Below are positions 32,362 to 44,876 of a stretch of DNA of 64,000 nt, in pieces. This DNA comes from Paecilomyces variotii (Eukaryota), in the NCBI GenBank assembly GCA_004022145.1, contig RCNU01000011.1, one strand, 5' to 3'. The notes below the pieces were generated by a model that had not been told where the DNA came from, searched no databases, and worked only from the letters and a program-made list of their open reading frames with translations. The translations under genes were made by a program, and so were the position numbers. The stretch's first letter is position 1. Each line of letters begins with the position of its first letter.

Positions 32362-33767
32362 CTAGGCGTTAACCAGACAGTGTGGCCGGTGGGCGAGATT
32401 CGAGGCGCGAAAATTGGGCTTCTTCTGCCTGCTTATGGACATGACTCGTTCTGGATAGTTCGTGATAATACCATCCACTCCATGCTCGAGCATCTTTTCA
32501 ACCGTAGCTTCGTCGTCGACGGTCCAAGGGAAGATCCTCATGTTGAGTTCATGAGCACGCTTGACTACTTCTTTGTTTATCCAGGGAACATAGCCGGGTG
32601 TATTGACGCTCGCAGTCCAGGGATCTCCATGGGCTGGTCCCACAATCTCTGCTCCGATGGACGCAGCTGCTGCAATCCAATCTCCCTGAAAGTCGGCAAG
32701 GTCGATACCCCCAAGCCATGGATAACCACCATCAACAGGTATGATACCCTCTGGCTCCACAAGTGCCACTATCACCATGTGGGGAAACTTCTGCTTGATC
32801 CCTATCAGAGTCCGCCAGTCGAACGACTGCAGCGTAGTGCGGGAAGCAAAACCACGTCTCTCCAGCAAGGGCACGATATCATCCACGTATTTCTCCACAG
32901 GAAACGTCTCGTTTGGCTTTAGTGGATCCAGCTTCGTCTCGATATTGATGGCGACGTTCTTGTTCTCATAGCACTCAATAAGATCCAGGACCTCTTCAAG
33001 AGTTGGAATGCGGGTATCCTCGTAGACTTGGTCTCTTCGTAAGTCACAAGCCATATGGAAGACAGTGGATTTCACAGTGTACCTTGAGCCTGCGGATGTT
33101 CACTAAGCTGTAAATCACAGCTCATCGATTTGATCTCCTCAAGAGTCAGATTCGCAACGAAAGCGCCGACATGGTCACCACGGCATTTCTCAGCTGTGAT
33201 TTCATGCTATAAGCATTTTAGCATCTTCCTCCGAAAAAGCTGCTGCGGACACGAGCTCACATCGTGCCAGACGACTGGAATACCGTCTTTGGTGAAAACA
33301 ACATCCATTTCCAGAACGTCGATTCCAACTTCCTGCCGGTCATTGTCAATTACCTTTTAGGGGTTCCTGGCGAGTACTGGGCCACAAAACCAACCATCGC
33401 ATATGCAAATGCCTAGACATGGCATTAGCAGAGATCTTCAGATGCGCATTTCATCATCCTCAGGAGCGGTTGGTTCTACCCAGAGGCAATTCTCGGTCCT
33501 CATCCCAGTACCGCCCCGATGGGCTTGGATCTCCAAGAAGCCTTGATCATGGTGTCCCCAATCTTGCGGAATCGAGCCGATACCGACAAACGAGACAGCA
33601 GCGCCCAGAAGAAGCAACGATGACTTGACGGTAGATTTTACCAGAGTAGGCAGAGAAGCTGACAGACCCTGGGGTTCAAGCAGATACTCGAGTGATGAGG
33701 GTAGATATTGGGCGAAGTTTTGCGACAGACTCTGACCACCTTTGACAGCAAACAATTCCCAGGCCAT
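32362..33767 (-). CDS. Glycerophosphodiester phosphodiesterase (GDPD), 5 exons; start codon uncertain
   Basis: Spliced exons give IQAHRGGTGMRTEN / AFAYAM / EVGIDVLEMDVVFTKDGIPVVWHD / HEIT..LTLEEIK / IPTLEEVL..NIETK..LQSFDW..PWTVDD..GVDGIITNYP. Confidence 0.85.
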
Positions 33768-34737
33768 CCTAGGCCCGTCCTGTGTACCAGTCAAGTGTGC
33801 GCAAGCGTAGCTAACTTGAGAGAAGGAAGAAAGAAGATGCTCCTGATATCAAGAATGCTAGACAGCTGCTTTTATCATCCCTTACGGACTCCCCAGAGAC
33901 GTAACCCACGCCAAGTAGACAGTCATCGCGACGCCCGCAGTGGGACACGAAGATCGTTATCAAGGACGAATTACGTCTTGGTAACGGCCGTTATCTGCAC
34001 CTCCCATCGATGATAGCCATGACTTGAACCCATCCGTTGTTCTTTGTTTGGGTCGGTCCCCGCCGGAGGCTCACTAGGGCTGAAGATCGACAGCGCATTT
34101 GGCACCGGCTTTCGAACCTCGAGCGCCAAAGGTGACGTCTATACGAATAGCAGCCTCGTATTTCATGGAGTCTGGAGAACCCTCGACGCTTGGCTGATGG
34201 AGGGGTTATCTCCGAGAACGGAAGGTTATCATCTCTATCACCAGCCGTTCCGCTCTTGGCTGATCTGCGCGCAAGTTGATATCAGCACCCCATGTGGCAA
34301 CCTTCTTATGGAGATGCTGAGGCGCGTCTAAGTATGTGCCGTATGAAGATCGTTATATTTTTTTCTATCATAAGAAAAAAAAAGATAGATGCTGTTTTTG
34401 TTCATTTTGTAGGCTGTACGTACCACATGTCTACAATATACTAACCACTCTGTTAGACCATAACGCGACAAGTAGTGCGCTTACTCAAGGAGTCATACTT
34501 AACTGGATGACCAGTATGTGCCGTTACGCAGCTCGTACTCTAGCCCCTTACATATATTCAAGGTTGCTTTGACACTTCACCATGCGTACCAGGATAGACT
34601 AGTTGCAGAACCCAGACATCCCATGATCCATGGCATATGCCGGCAAACCATAAATGAGCACCAAGCCAGATGGTAACAGACGATCGTCCCCTTCGTCAAG
34701 ATCCAATAGGTATATCATATCCAAAAAGAAACATCCA

Positions 34738-35637
34738 CTACAGACCTCCTTGCTTCCCCAGCTCGTCTCCCAGCAGCTGTATAGTCCTCTCATACACTCG
34801 AGCCCCCTCCATTTCCCATCGGTCAGGAGCGTCCACATAATCGTCAGTACCATACACATCCTCATCCTCGTTCTCGTTCTCATCCCCTGTCCCATCCACA
34901 TCCATTCCGTCTGCTTCCTCCTCTTCCGTGACCCGGCTATCTTCACGATCTCTAGCTTCAACAACTGCAATACGACACGCTTCAGCAAGACTTTTAATCC
35001 TGACTTTCTCAGTCATGGATACTACATTGCGTCGGTTCTCAAAGCCTGAAATCGGAGCACCTGTATCCGCATCTTCTCCCGTTAAGAGGGATGCGAAAAT
35101 CGCATCTAATTTCTTGATCAGACGAAATGTAGACCGTGGAGAAAATGGATATTCTGGCAGATAGCTATTGACGAGACCAGCCAGAGATATCAAATATGGT
35201 ATTTGAAGAGAAGCTGAAAAGAAAAAACAGTTAGCCATAAGCTCCTTCATATATCTAGACCCAAATAACGAGACAGGGAAGAGGGAGGGAAACATACGCG
35301 TCCCGCTAACCCAAACAATATCAATTATAGCCTCGAGGTCTTTCACGACCTCCTTGAAGCTCTCATAACCTCTCTCCGCCTCGGGGATATCCTGCTCGCC
35401 AATAGCGCTGCTGAATTTCTTCGCATGCCGCCGATTCACCGTCAGGATACTTTTGTCGATATGATTGATCAGAGCCGTTTCTTTGATAGAGCCAGCTTTT
35501 AGCGGATGAGCTCGTTGCCGTGGTAGACTTGATGGTGTTGCAGTAGATGTGGAGAAAGACGAAGGAGCTGGTGATGGGAGGCTTGGATGAATGAAGCCTC
35601 CGGGAGGTCCTCCAGTGCCGTCTGGTGAGAGAGCCAT
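34738..35637 (-). CDS. Tfb6-like (TFIIH-associated) conserved fungal protein, probably with one in-frame intron at about 35297-35215
   Basis: Motifs LPRQRAHPLKAGS.KE, SLQIPYLISLA, MTEKVRIKSLAE.CRI and WEMEGARVYERTIQLLG; GTATGT donor and CTAAC..CAG acceptor are present. Confidence 0.55.
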   Translation of the reverse strand: MALSPDGTGGPPGGFIHPSLPSPAPSSFSTSTATPSSLPRQRAHPLKAGSIKETALINHIDKSILTVNRRHAKKFSSAIGEQDIPEAERGYESFKEVVKDLEAIIDIVWVSGTRMFPSLFPVSLFGSRYMKELMANCFFFSASLQIPYLISLAGLVNSYLPEYPFSPRSTFRLIKKLDAIFASLLTGEDADTGAPISGFENRRNVVSMTEKVRIKSLAEACRIAVVEARDREDSRVTEEEEADGMDVDGTGDENENEDEDVYGTDDYVDAPDRWEMEGARVYERTIQLLGDELGKQGGL

Positions 35638-36726
35638 TTGCGGCTAGGTAATGATGCTCAAACAAATATCAAACAAATATTAAATAGAAATTAAGATATG
35701 TTATATTCCAAGAAATGGTCCGTTGGGTTTCGAGTCACTCGTTAGATTGAATGAGTTGCGCATGATCCAGTCATTATTATCCTCCTGTCCGCGTACCTGG
35801 CACTTGGAGTCTCGAGCAAGTAACCTGCTGGATATCCAAAAAAAAGAAAATATCCACATATATTCCAAGGCGGTTAAGTTTATATTTTGGTTGTTTCCTT
35901 TACTCGGGTTGCGCGTAGAGCCAACGGTAAGTTAGTCTGAGTGGTAGACCTCTTAAGATGTCATACGAATGCCAAGACCCGGAAATTGTCGCGTAGACTT
36001 TCCGTAAAGGGATTCAGCAGCTGAGCATGAGATGAGATATTTCAATCTAGGCTTTACATGTATATATACTCTGAGATGGATAAGCCCGGGGGAGAAGTTC
36101 GATATTGCACGAAATTGTAAGAGACAATGCAATCCATGCCAAACACTCAAATGGAGACAGCGTTCTAGGACTGCTTTACTTTTCCGACCTCGCTTCAATA
36201 TGATAATGCACAATAGACCGATAAGTCAAAAAACTTCTCAGACATCAAGGCAAAAGGGGGAAGAGAAATCCAGACACACTTGGACCCCTACGGCATCTGC
36301 AGTTTTATACAGCATCCTTATATACAATCACTTTTCCAGCTCAAAACGCCCCTATATCACGATCAAATCAAGCAAATCAGCAATGCCCAACTAAGCAGAC
36401 CCACGAAGCGAAAGAAATGAAAACCCAGTTTCAGAGTGGTGAGAAGATTTATAAAAAGCTGGTGTTTGAAGGCATGGCACAAACGCGGGAGATCCCGATT
36501 TATGCTGCTCTGGCCCCAGCGGACTCATCAGAGAAATAAAGGGTCCATGTTGATCAGAGGGTTGGTATTTGCAGAGATGCACTTACAGAAATGCAGAGTC
36601 TGCATCTATCGCGAGCAGAATATCCTTTTTCTTTTGAGATCCGTCATACCAGTAAAGCCTGACTCCAGCAACGCCTCGCTAACCGGGTAGTATTCTATGC
36701 AACTTTCCATGATTATCTGAGAGAAC

Positions 36727-37744
36727 CTATGATTCCGGCTATAGACAAGTCAGTATCGCGTTCACGGCAAGGGAAAAAAAAAAGAAAAAAGCTTCAGAGA
36801 TATAATAGAAGAGCAGGAATGTCACTTACCCTAAGCTTTCCTCGCTGCTTCTTCATCTCCTGGATCTTCCTCTTATCCTCGTCGAACTTCCTCAACAACT
36901 CATTCTGTCTCTCCTTTCTCTTCTCGCGCGTCTGGAATCTATAGAAGTCTCCCAAACCACTCTCCTTCTGCTTCTGTTTCTCAATCAACTCCTTCTCCTC
37001 CGCCTCGCGCGCCAGACTATTCTGCTTCGGTCCGCTTGTAACGGTGATGAATCCATCCTCATCCGGCTCCTGTGCCTTGCGGGCCGCTTCGCGAGCGCGC
37101 ATTTCCTCAACCTGCGTGAACGCCGTCATGTAGTCGCTGATGGCGCGGAGAAGGTCCGCGCGCGCAGGGTACCTGAGCCGCTCGTGGGTGGTGTATCTCT
37201 GGAGTCCAAGCGGTGGCACGCGGCCTTCGATCCCATCACCCCAGACGATCTTGGTCCGGTTCTTGGATGCCTTTCGAGCGGCTTTCAGACTCGCTTCCGC
37301 GCTGGGCTTGTCGACGAAGACGACAATCGCGTGCGCACCACTCTTGTGCAATTTCCTGTCCCATGTAGACGGGACCCAGATATCCTCAAGCTGGCTTTCG
37401 AGATCGTCTGCAGTGACGCGCTTCCGCTTTTTACTTTTCTTAGCGAGACTGTCTTGGGCGAAGGCTCCGACGCTTTTCTTCTTTGTCGGGACATCTTCAA
37501 ACTCGACTCTCTCGACTCGTCCGGCAGAGAGCTGAGCGCCGAAAAGATGCTTCAAGTGAGTTTCTGTCGTATCTATGGGTACATTGACCAGGAAGAGAGA
37601 ACGAGGCGAATCGGGATCGGGAATTCGAGGCTCGTGAGGACGGATGTAGATGTAATGCGTCGCGGATTGGGGAAATGATGATACCGCTGGCAGCTGGATA
37701 GGTAGGGCGGTATACCCTGCCACTTCTAGAGTTTCTTTCTTCAT
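36727..37744 (-). CDS. rrp7: Ribosomal RNA-processing protein Rrp7, 2 exons
   Basis: Motifs RSLFLVNVPID, PDEDGFITV and DFYRFQTRE..ELLRKFDEDKRKI. A short last exon (PES-stop) follows an intron at about 36829-36739. Confidence 0.9.
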
Positions 37745-38026
37745 CTTGCTTGATGGCAGCGACTGCTCAGTGATACAGTCGCAAAAGTTGTTGCGCGGGG
37801 AAGAATAATTATTTCGGAGCTCGATGGTTAGCAAGTTCGGGCGGAAATTTTACGCGAGCTTTCATAGGCTGAGCGGCAGGCTAATCCTGCCGTTTAAGTA
37901 GGTATACTAGCACTAGCATCCACTCGATCGACAAGCAATATTCGTACAACATTTCCTCTGAACAATAATAAATGCAAGTGTCTCCTGCTCAAATAGATCA
38001 TATATGAAGAAACTTCATACCATACT

Positions 38027-39548
38027 CTACACCTTGTCCGGGTCATTGATGCCGCCGTTCGTGATCACATAAGTCGCTTCACGCTCGGGGCAATCTGCTG
38101 GACATTAGCTTGCGACCCGATCTATCAAAACAATAAGCTCACCAGGAGAATCCTGAATTTTAGCGACGCGTTCATCTCCTCGACCTTTGCGTAGCAAGAC
38201 TCGAGTAGTGGAAGCATGAGCGAGAATATGTCCACCAACAGGCTTCCGGCCGTCTGCACCAGCAAAGAGAGCGCTAGCGCCAGGGTCACTCTGGACTTGA
38301 TTCGTCTGATGATCTATGAGAAGTGGTCACATAGACAGACCGATAAAGAGGGTCTTACCATCAGCACGCAAACATTGAATTCTACCAGTGTCTGTCAGCA
38401 AACAACCGTCATCCCTTGTGGGGGAATAAGAATACCTTCTGCCATGTGCGCAAGCTTCATCAGGAACTGATTGAGCTTCTGCTGGCGGTCCGCAAGCTCT
38501 CCACGGCCGCAGTAGTCAACGCGAAAGCAATTCATAATGCTGTCAATTATCAGCAGTCTATAGTCACCAGCTGCAAATTCCTTGGACAGAGTATTGAGCA
38601 ATTCGAGCTGATGCTCGCTATTGAGTGCTCTGGCATAGGCAATATTCTCTTGAGCGAGATCAGGGTCCATTCCGAAACGTTCAGCTATCTGGGCAATACG
38701 CTCGGGTCTGAACGTTCCTTCGGTGTCGATATATGCGACCTTCCCTTCCGCACCACCCATTTCCTTGGGAAGCTGAGCCATAACAGACATGGTGTGAGAT
38801 AGCTGAGTTTTACCACAGCGAAACTCGCCATAGACCTCACTGATACTCATGCTTTGGAATCCACTGTTCAAACAAAAGAAAGACAATGTCAGATAATTTA
38901 AAACTCAGGATGAGCAGCTTCACCCACCCTCCAAGGATAGCATCAAACTGCTTGCTGCCCGTGGAGATCCGGACAACTCTCTTCCTCTGGTGACCCAGTT
39001 CCATAGCCGTAATGAACCCAGACGCAGAAGGCTGGATAAGTATGAGTAGAAAAGCAGACTACCAAGTGAAATCATAGAGATGCTCATACCAAACACTTCT
39101 GGATAGCTTCCTTGATTTTCTCAACCTTGACTTCACTGAATCCCTTAATCTTCAAGAGCGTCTTGCGTGTGGCTCCATGAACAGACTAGACCACAACAGG
39201 ACTTCCATTAGCATATCCTGTGGATAAAAAATTTTGTTAGAGGAATCAAATACAGCAACAGTATAGAACCCATTGGCTTTCAGCTTCGTGATGTCCGCCA
39301 CTCCAATCCCTGTCCAGTTTCATCAGCGGATGTAACTTAACAGCAAAGAGAGTAGAGCAAACAGGGAAGGCTCCTAGGAAAAGCGCACCATGTGCTTGGA
39401 TACTGTCGATGTCAACGATAAAGCCCTGATGACAGGAATGCATCATGTTAGAGGCTTGTATTTGACAGGCCCTCTCTCAGAGGATCGGGCAGTGGACAGA
39501 TTCTCCTACATCGTCATCAAACTCGCCGCTTGCGTTTGAGGCAGGCAT
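38027..39548 (-). CDS. dmc1: Meiosis-specific recombinase Dmc1, 9 exons
   Basis: Exons splice into an uninterrupted protein: [43 protein letters not shown], Walker [30 protein letters not shown] and [15 protein letters not shown]. Confidence 0.95.
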
Positions 39549-40458
39549 CTTGATACGTTCGTATACTAGATAGGAAGATAAGTGATGGATGTGATTAACT
39601 TAATCCAGATCAATAATGCCTGGAGAAGAATACGATGAAGGGCAGGGTGGGATTAGGGAAACGGTACCAAGGAGTGTCACGGGGTTAGATGGCTTTCCAC
39701 AAGAGGAAATTCCGCAATGGCTCCGAGTCTGCCCAGATCATGGGCGGCCTGCAGCTCACTGGGAATGTGACAATCTGATAAAGGCTTATTATATGGAAAG
39801 ATAATCGATGTCTTGTCTTCTACCCACCTTCGCCAAGACTTCTGGTGAGCAGCATCGAGTCGTATACGGGAGATGATAGGAAAGGCCACAAATACGCGTA
39901 ATAAGTCTCGAGTATATTTTTTTAATATCCCAGATATGATGTGAGCGAGATGAGAAGACTGTTGAAATGAGAGGTTGCCACCGCGCCAGGTGCCTCACGA
40001 TAGATTTTTCTTTTCTGATATTCAACACCGACAATCAATCCATACAGCTTGAAGCCAAGACCACACGAGAACACCATCGTTCGGTCCTTCGCCATCTTTC
40101 CTCCGCCCCGATTAACCCTCACTTTCTCGCCTCGTCTCCTCCTTTTTCCGGTAACGCTTTTTTATCATCTCGAGTCTGGAGATACCCATGAGAGAACACT
40201 AGACGCCAATCATGAGGCTTGAGCCATGCAGGGAATCCAAGTCGTAGGAGATCCTGGGACTTCGTGAAAACTTTTTGTCGTCGTATACATAACAAATGTC
40301 GGTGCCGAGAACCTGAAACAGGGGCATGATATATGCAAAGGGAAAAAAAGCCTATAAAGGTGGAAGGTTAAAGATCGACCGTGTCGCAAACCTAATACAA
40401 AAGGAAGAATGGTAATAAAACGTCCTGGCGGAGAAGTATAGACTAATCATAGGCCCAT

Positions 40459-41521
40459 TTAAGCAACCGCGGTAGTAGGAGCAGCCACCGGGGGAGCAAC
40501 AGCCGGGACCTCAGCAGTAGTCTCAACGACGGTAGCAGTAGCGGTGACAGGAGTAGCGGTCGTGGCCGGGGCAGCAGCGGGTTCAGCAGCTGGCTGGGCG
40601 TTGGCCTCGTTGGTAGGGCACTCCCGAGAGATGTGGCCAGCCTGGGAGCACTTGTAGCAGACCTTGCCGGCAGAGCTCAATGGGCCACCGTTGGGAGCCG
40701 TGCAGTCACGGGAGATGTGTCCCTGCATGAAGTATGAGCAAAAGCTGGCGGTCTATAGGAAGCAGAAACACTCACAAGCTTGCCGCAGGCATAGCACTTC
40801 ATGGCCTGAGCCTGGCAATCGCGCGCGAAGTGGTTGGGACCACCGCACTTGTAGCAAGTAGCAGCTCTGGGGTAGCCGCCATATCCACCACGGTAGCCGC
40901 CGTTGAAGCCTCCACGAGGAGGAGCAACTCCACGACCGGCACCCTGGACAGCAGGGGTAGTGCAGTTGCGCTCCAGAGATATCAGCAGTTATTCGAAGGA
41001 AGAATCGAGGCGCCAACATACAGCAAGGTGACCAGGCTGGTTGCAGTTGTAGCAACGGCCACTGGCTGCGCCACCGTTAAGGCGCAGGGTAGGGCAATCG
41101 GCCTGAACGTGGCCTAGACCCTGGCAATGATAGCATTGCTTCGCTGATCCGGGGTTAGAATTCTGTCGTCCCGCCTATCATCAGGTAGGGTTCTTACTCT
41201 CGGTGGTACGAGGACGGGGGCAACCGTTGGACTCATGTCCTATCCGCTCGTTAGACGAACTCGTGCTATATCAGGGGTACATGCGTAACCAAGCGTACCG
41301 GGTTGCTTGCCTGCAGAAAGTTAGCGTGAGATCGCAAGGAATGCGTGGATGACGGGGATCCACCAACAGTTGTAGCAGAGACGCTCAGAGGATGAGCAGA
41401 CCTCTAGAATGAAGTCAGATATCTCTCCATTCCCCACGGAAATTAATAGTCCATTGTTCTACTGACCAGCATAGTGGCCAATGTTACCACACTTGTAGCA
41501 GGCACGACGTGACAGCAACAT
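40459..41521 (-). CDS. gis2: CCHC zinc-knuckle nucleic acid-binding protein (Gis2/Byr3/CNBP family), multi-exon
   Basis: Begins MLLSRRACYKCGNIGHYA. Repeated CxxCxxxGHxxxxC knuckles across short exons, an RGG-rich linker and CYKCSQAGHISREC. Confidence 0.88.
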
Positions 41522-42568
41522 CTTGTCGATTGACTACCATCACCATAGTCAGTCCCCATGAACGTCCACCCATTACTAACATTATCAATCCATCCACCCG
41601 GGAACATCATCGCAGGCAATTTAATCTGTTCAAACTAGACCAGGCTGTGAAAGCGACAGCATTCCGTGCTGAACGAGCGGAAACCAGAATATAGTTGGGA
41701 TTGGCGTTGCCGTTGCTTGCCGCGGAACAGGCCGAGCGAGGGGAGATCGGACGAAAAAAAGGACGAAACCCCCACACAATCATGACAGCAGGCGCACGAA
41801 ACGAAACGAAACGCATAACCCCCCAAGGTCCTAAGCCTTATTTTTGCCAGAACGAAATAAAAGACCACTCACAATTCCGGACAACACCTAGTGACTTCGG
41901 GGCTCCTTGTCGATAACTCTATTTGCCCGTCAGCTTGAGAACCTTGGAGGAGGGGAAACAGCAGATCGCAACAGCCCAGTACCTAAAGTGTGGGCTGGCT
42001 CTGCGAACAAGAAGGTACTCACAACGCAGCACACCGTACTTAACCCTCACAGCTCTCCAAGCCCACCGGACCGCAGGTAGAATCCTTCCCGTAATCCTCA
42101 AAATGATACAGAAATAAGTAGTCGATGCCAGCGCAAGAGGAGAAAGAGAAGAATTGTGAGGTCTTCGGAACAAAATTGAAAATCTTTAGCTCCCGCGCTT
42201 TTCCGCATTGCGTAAGGCCCACATCCCCCAGATTAATATTGGCAGCGCACGCACGGCCCAGCTGTATCTGCACGTTCCTGTCGGACTCTACTACTATGTA
42301 CATACTCGAGGAATGACAGTCGAGATGGGCATTGTTGCCGATGTCAGATTAGAATAGAATAAGATACAGGCGTTCATGAAAGATTACTGATATACTCGAG
42401 GTACATATCCTTTTTCTTTGTTTTTCTTTGTTTTTTTTACTTGATATATTAATAAAGGTGTATCGATCGACATATAGTACTTAAAACTCCCCACCCGTGT
42501 ATATTTAATGCATAGCAAGACCTTCGCTTGCAACATCATGCTGGGCACAACTTGCGAGAAAATATGAT

Positions 42569-44225
42569 CTACGCGTCAGTCTCCTTTTCAATCACTGCGG
42601 GAGCTTTAATCTGTCGTCCCTTGAGGAATTCCAGTCCCTCGCCAGCCTAGAGGTTTGTCAGTTAGATAGCAGTCAGGAGGTAGCAGAACAAATATGGACT
42701 TACGTAGCTGATCAACGGAGACACCTCAACGCCAGTCGCCTCGCCCTCCGAAACAACGACACAACCAGCATTTTCAATCCAGCGCTGACCCTGCTGCATA
42801 ATATCTCTCTTGCTCGTGTCTGGGTCGTCCTCCCCGGTGCCCCTGGCGTTCTTCAAAGGCGAGAATTCGTCCTCGCGCTTAACTTCAATGCAAGCGAACT
42901 TGTCCAAAGGAGTCATGGGGAAAACGTCGAAGACGAACTGCTCCAACTTGACGCCGTTGGGCTTCTCAGGCTTCACAGACTCGCCGGTTTCGGTGTTGAT
43001 GTGAGGGATCTTCTTGCGAGCAACGTGGTGTGGCAACTTGTGCGACCATGTCTCGATAGACTCGAAGAAACGGAAAGAATAGTAGTGGTTGACAATGTTG
43101 GCAGCGCGGAACTTGAGGACATCAGGCTGCTTGGGGTCCTTGGCTTCCGCGGTCTCCTTGTCGATCTCAGAGTATTCCACGACATCTGGCTTTCCGTTTT
43201 TGAGGAGGATAAGGCCAACCGACTCAGAAGCACTGCGCTTTCTCACGACCTTGGTAGCGATATCGACGTCCTTTGAGGCAGCAAAACCAATGAAGACAGG
43301 GTCAGCAACCTTGACCAAGCAGTTGTCAACACAGTAGGCATGAATGTGCTGAATTCCACGGTCCCTCATATCCTTGCGGACACCGGAAGTCAGAAGTGCT
43401 TGGTAGATACCACCGTTTCCATCAGGGGCGACAGCAACCTAGGCTAAATTAGCATGGAGTCGGTGGTTTTTAGTAGTCCCCGTCTTAACTGACCTTGGCC
43501 TTGCTCTCCATGAGGATCTTGCCATCATTCGAGATACACGGCAGAACACCCTGCTCGAAGATAACAACGTTGCTCTTTTCCAAGCCAAAGTACTTGTGCT
43601 GCTCGAAGAATTCCTCTGTCGGCTTGCGGGTCGGCCCACTGGTCATGACATACCACGGGATCACCGCTTTCTCCTTGCCATACGCCTTCTGGGCCAGAAG
43701 CTGCACCTTGGCGATACGCTCAGCTTGGATCTGGAACAAGGACTTATGGCTAGGAAGACCAATATCGAAGCAACCCTTGGGAGCGGAGCTTCCCAGCCGG
43801 GTGCCCTGTCCACCAGCCATGAGGACAACTGCCACCTTGTTCTCTGCCACAAGCTTCAATCCTTCCTTATAGTATTTTTCCAACTCCTCGGGGTTCGAGT
43901 CAATTATCGAGGCTGTCGCCGTCTCCGGTAACGGTTCCAGGCTGGTCTGCTTCTCCTCAGCGGAAGCCTTCGGCGGGTTCAAGGCCTTGTCCGCGAGTTC
44001 ATTGATGCGGTTGGGATCGAAGTTAGAGAGCTGGTGGAAAAGCTGCGTCTTCTCAGCAGGCTTCAGTTCTTCGAGAAACGCGAAGACCTGGCCCTGGCCA
44101 GCTTTCTCGAACCTCTCCTTGAGCTCGTTAAACTCCTGGGGAGAGGGCTCGCGGGGAGCATCCTCTGCCTTGCCATGGAACTTGTCCAGGATACCGGAAA
44201 CTGTGTCTTTCACTGCGGCTGCCAT
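42569..44225 (-). CDS. uap1: UDP-N-acetylglucosamine pyrophosphorylase, 3 exons
   Basis: Motifs [50 protein letters not shown] and EFSPLKNA. Confidence 0.95.
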
Positions 44226-44876
44226 TGTTTGCCCTTTGGATAAGGAGAAAAAGAAACTAGACAGGGAAACAAAGCTATTGTATAAGAGCTGGTCGCAGTG
44301 GCGCGGACTCCCGCAATTTGTCCAGTAGCGGGGTGGAGCTGAGGACTTGGAGGGGTGTCTTTGAATGTCTCACTTGCTCCGCACACCGCCTGGCCGCTGG
44401 CTGCTCGTGGGGCTTAGACGACGTTTTCGGAATTTGGCTACGTGCTAAGTTTACTTGCCCGCCGACTAGTCAACGGGTTAGGACACATCGCGTTGGTATA
44501 AAGCAATTTTTAGCTGGATCCGACAAGCTATTAATATTATTATCGCGCCACGCTGGCCCAGCAACCAGGCCGGCAGAAGCGCGGATATCCGTCATCGCCG
44601 CAGAGCCGGGTGCGCATGCCACGCCTAAAGCAAACCATTTGTTGACCATGATGCTACTAAGTTGTAACGTAGAGACTAGCAAGTAGTTATATGGATTATA
44701 GTTCTTTTTAACGGATTCTAGAAGACTGCTGGGAATAGCCTCTCTCACCAAGAGCTGGCGCGAAATATTCGAAATAAACCTCCCATACCGACGACGCCTG
44801 CCGCCAAATGCATTCAAAGGATAATATAGATGTGAACTCAGGAACAGCAGGTATAATACAAAACAAACATAGTATC

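Noticed and set aside
20900-34000. Starship or other large transposon carrying the Spok-like gene
   Set aside because: No DUF3435 tyrosine-recombinase captain, transposase or reverse transcriptase ORF is visible. Conserved genes PRX1 and MSO1 interrupt the region.
36391-36720. Possible structured ncRNA (AGATGCA..TGCATCT inverted repeat; ATGATT..CTGA)
   Set aside because: Short stems only, with no convincing snoRNA, tRNA or snRNA layout. It lies in the probable RRP7 3' region.
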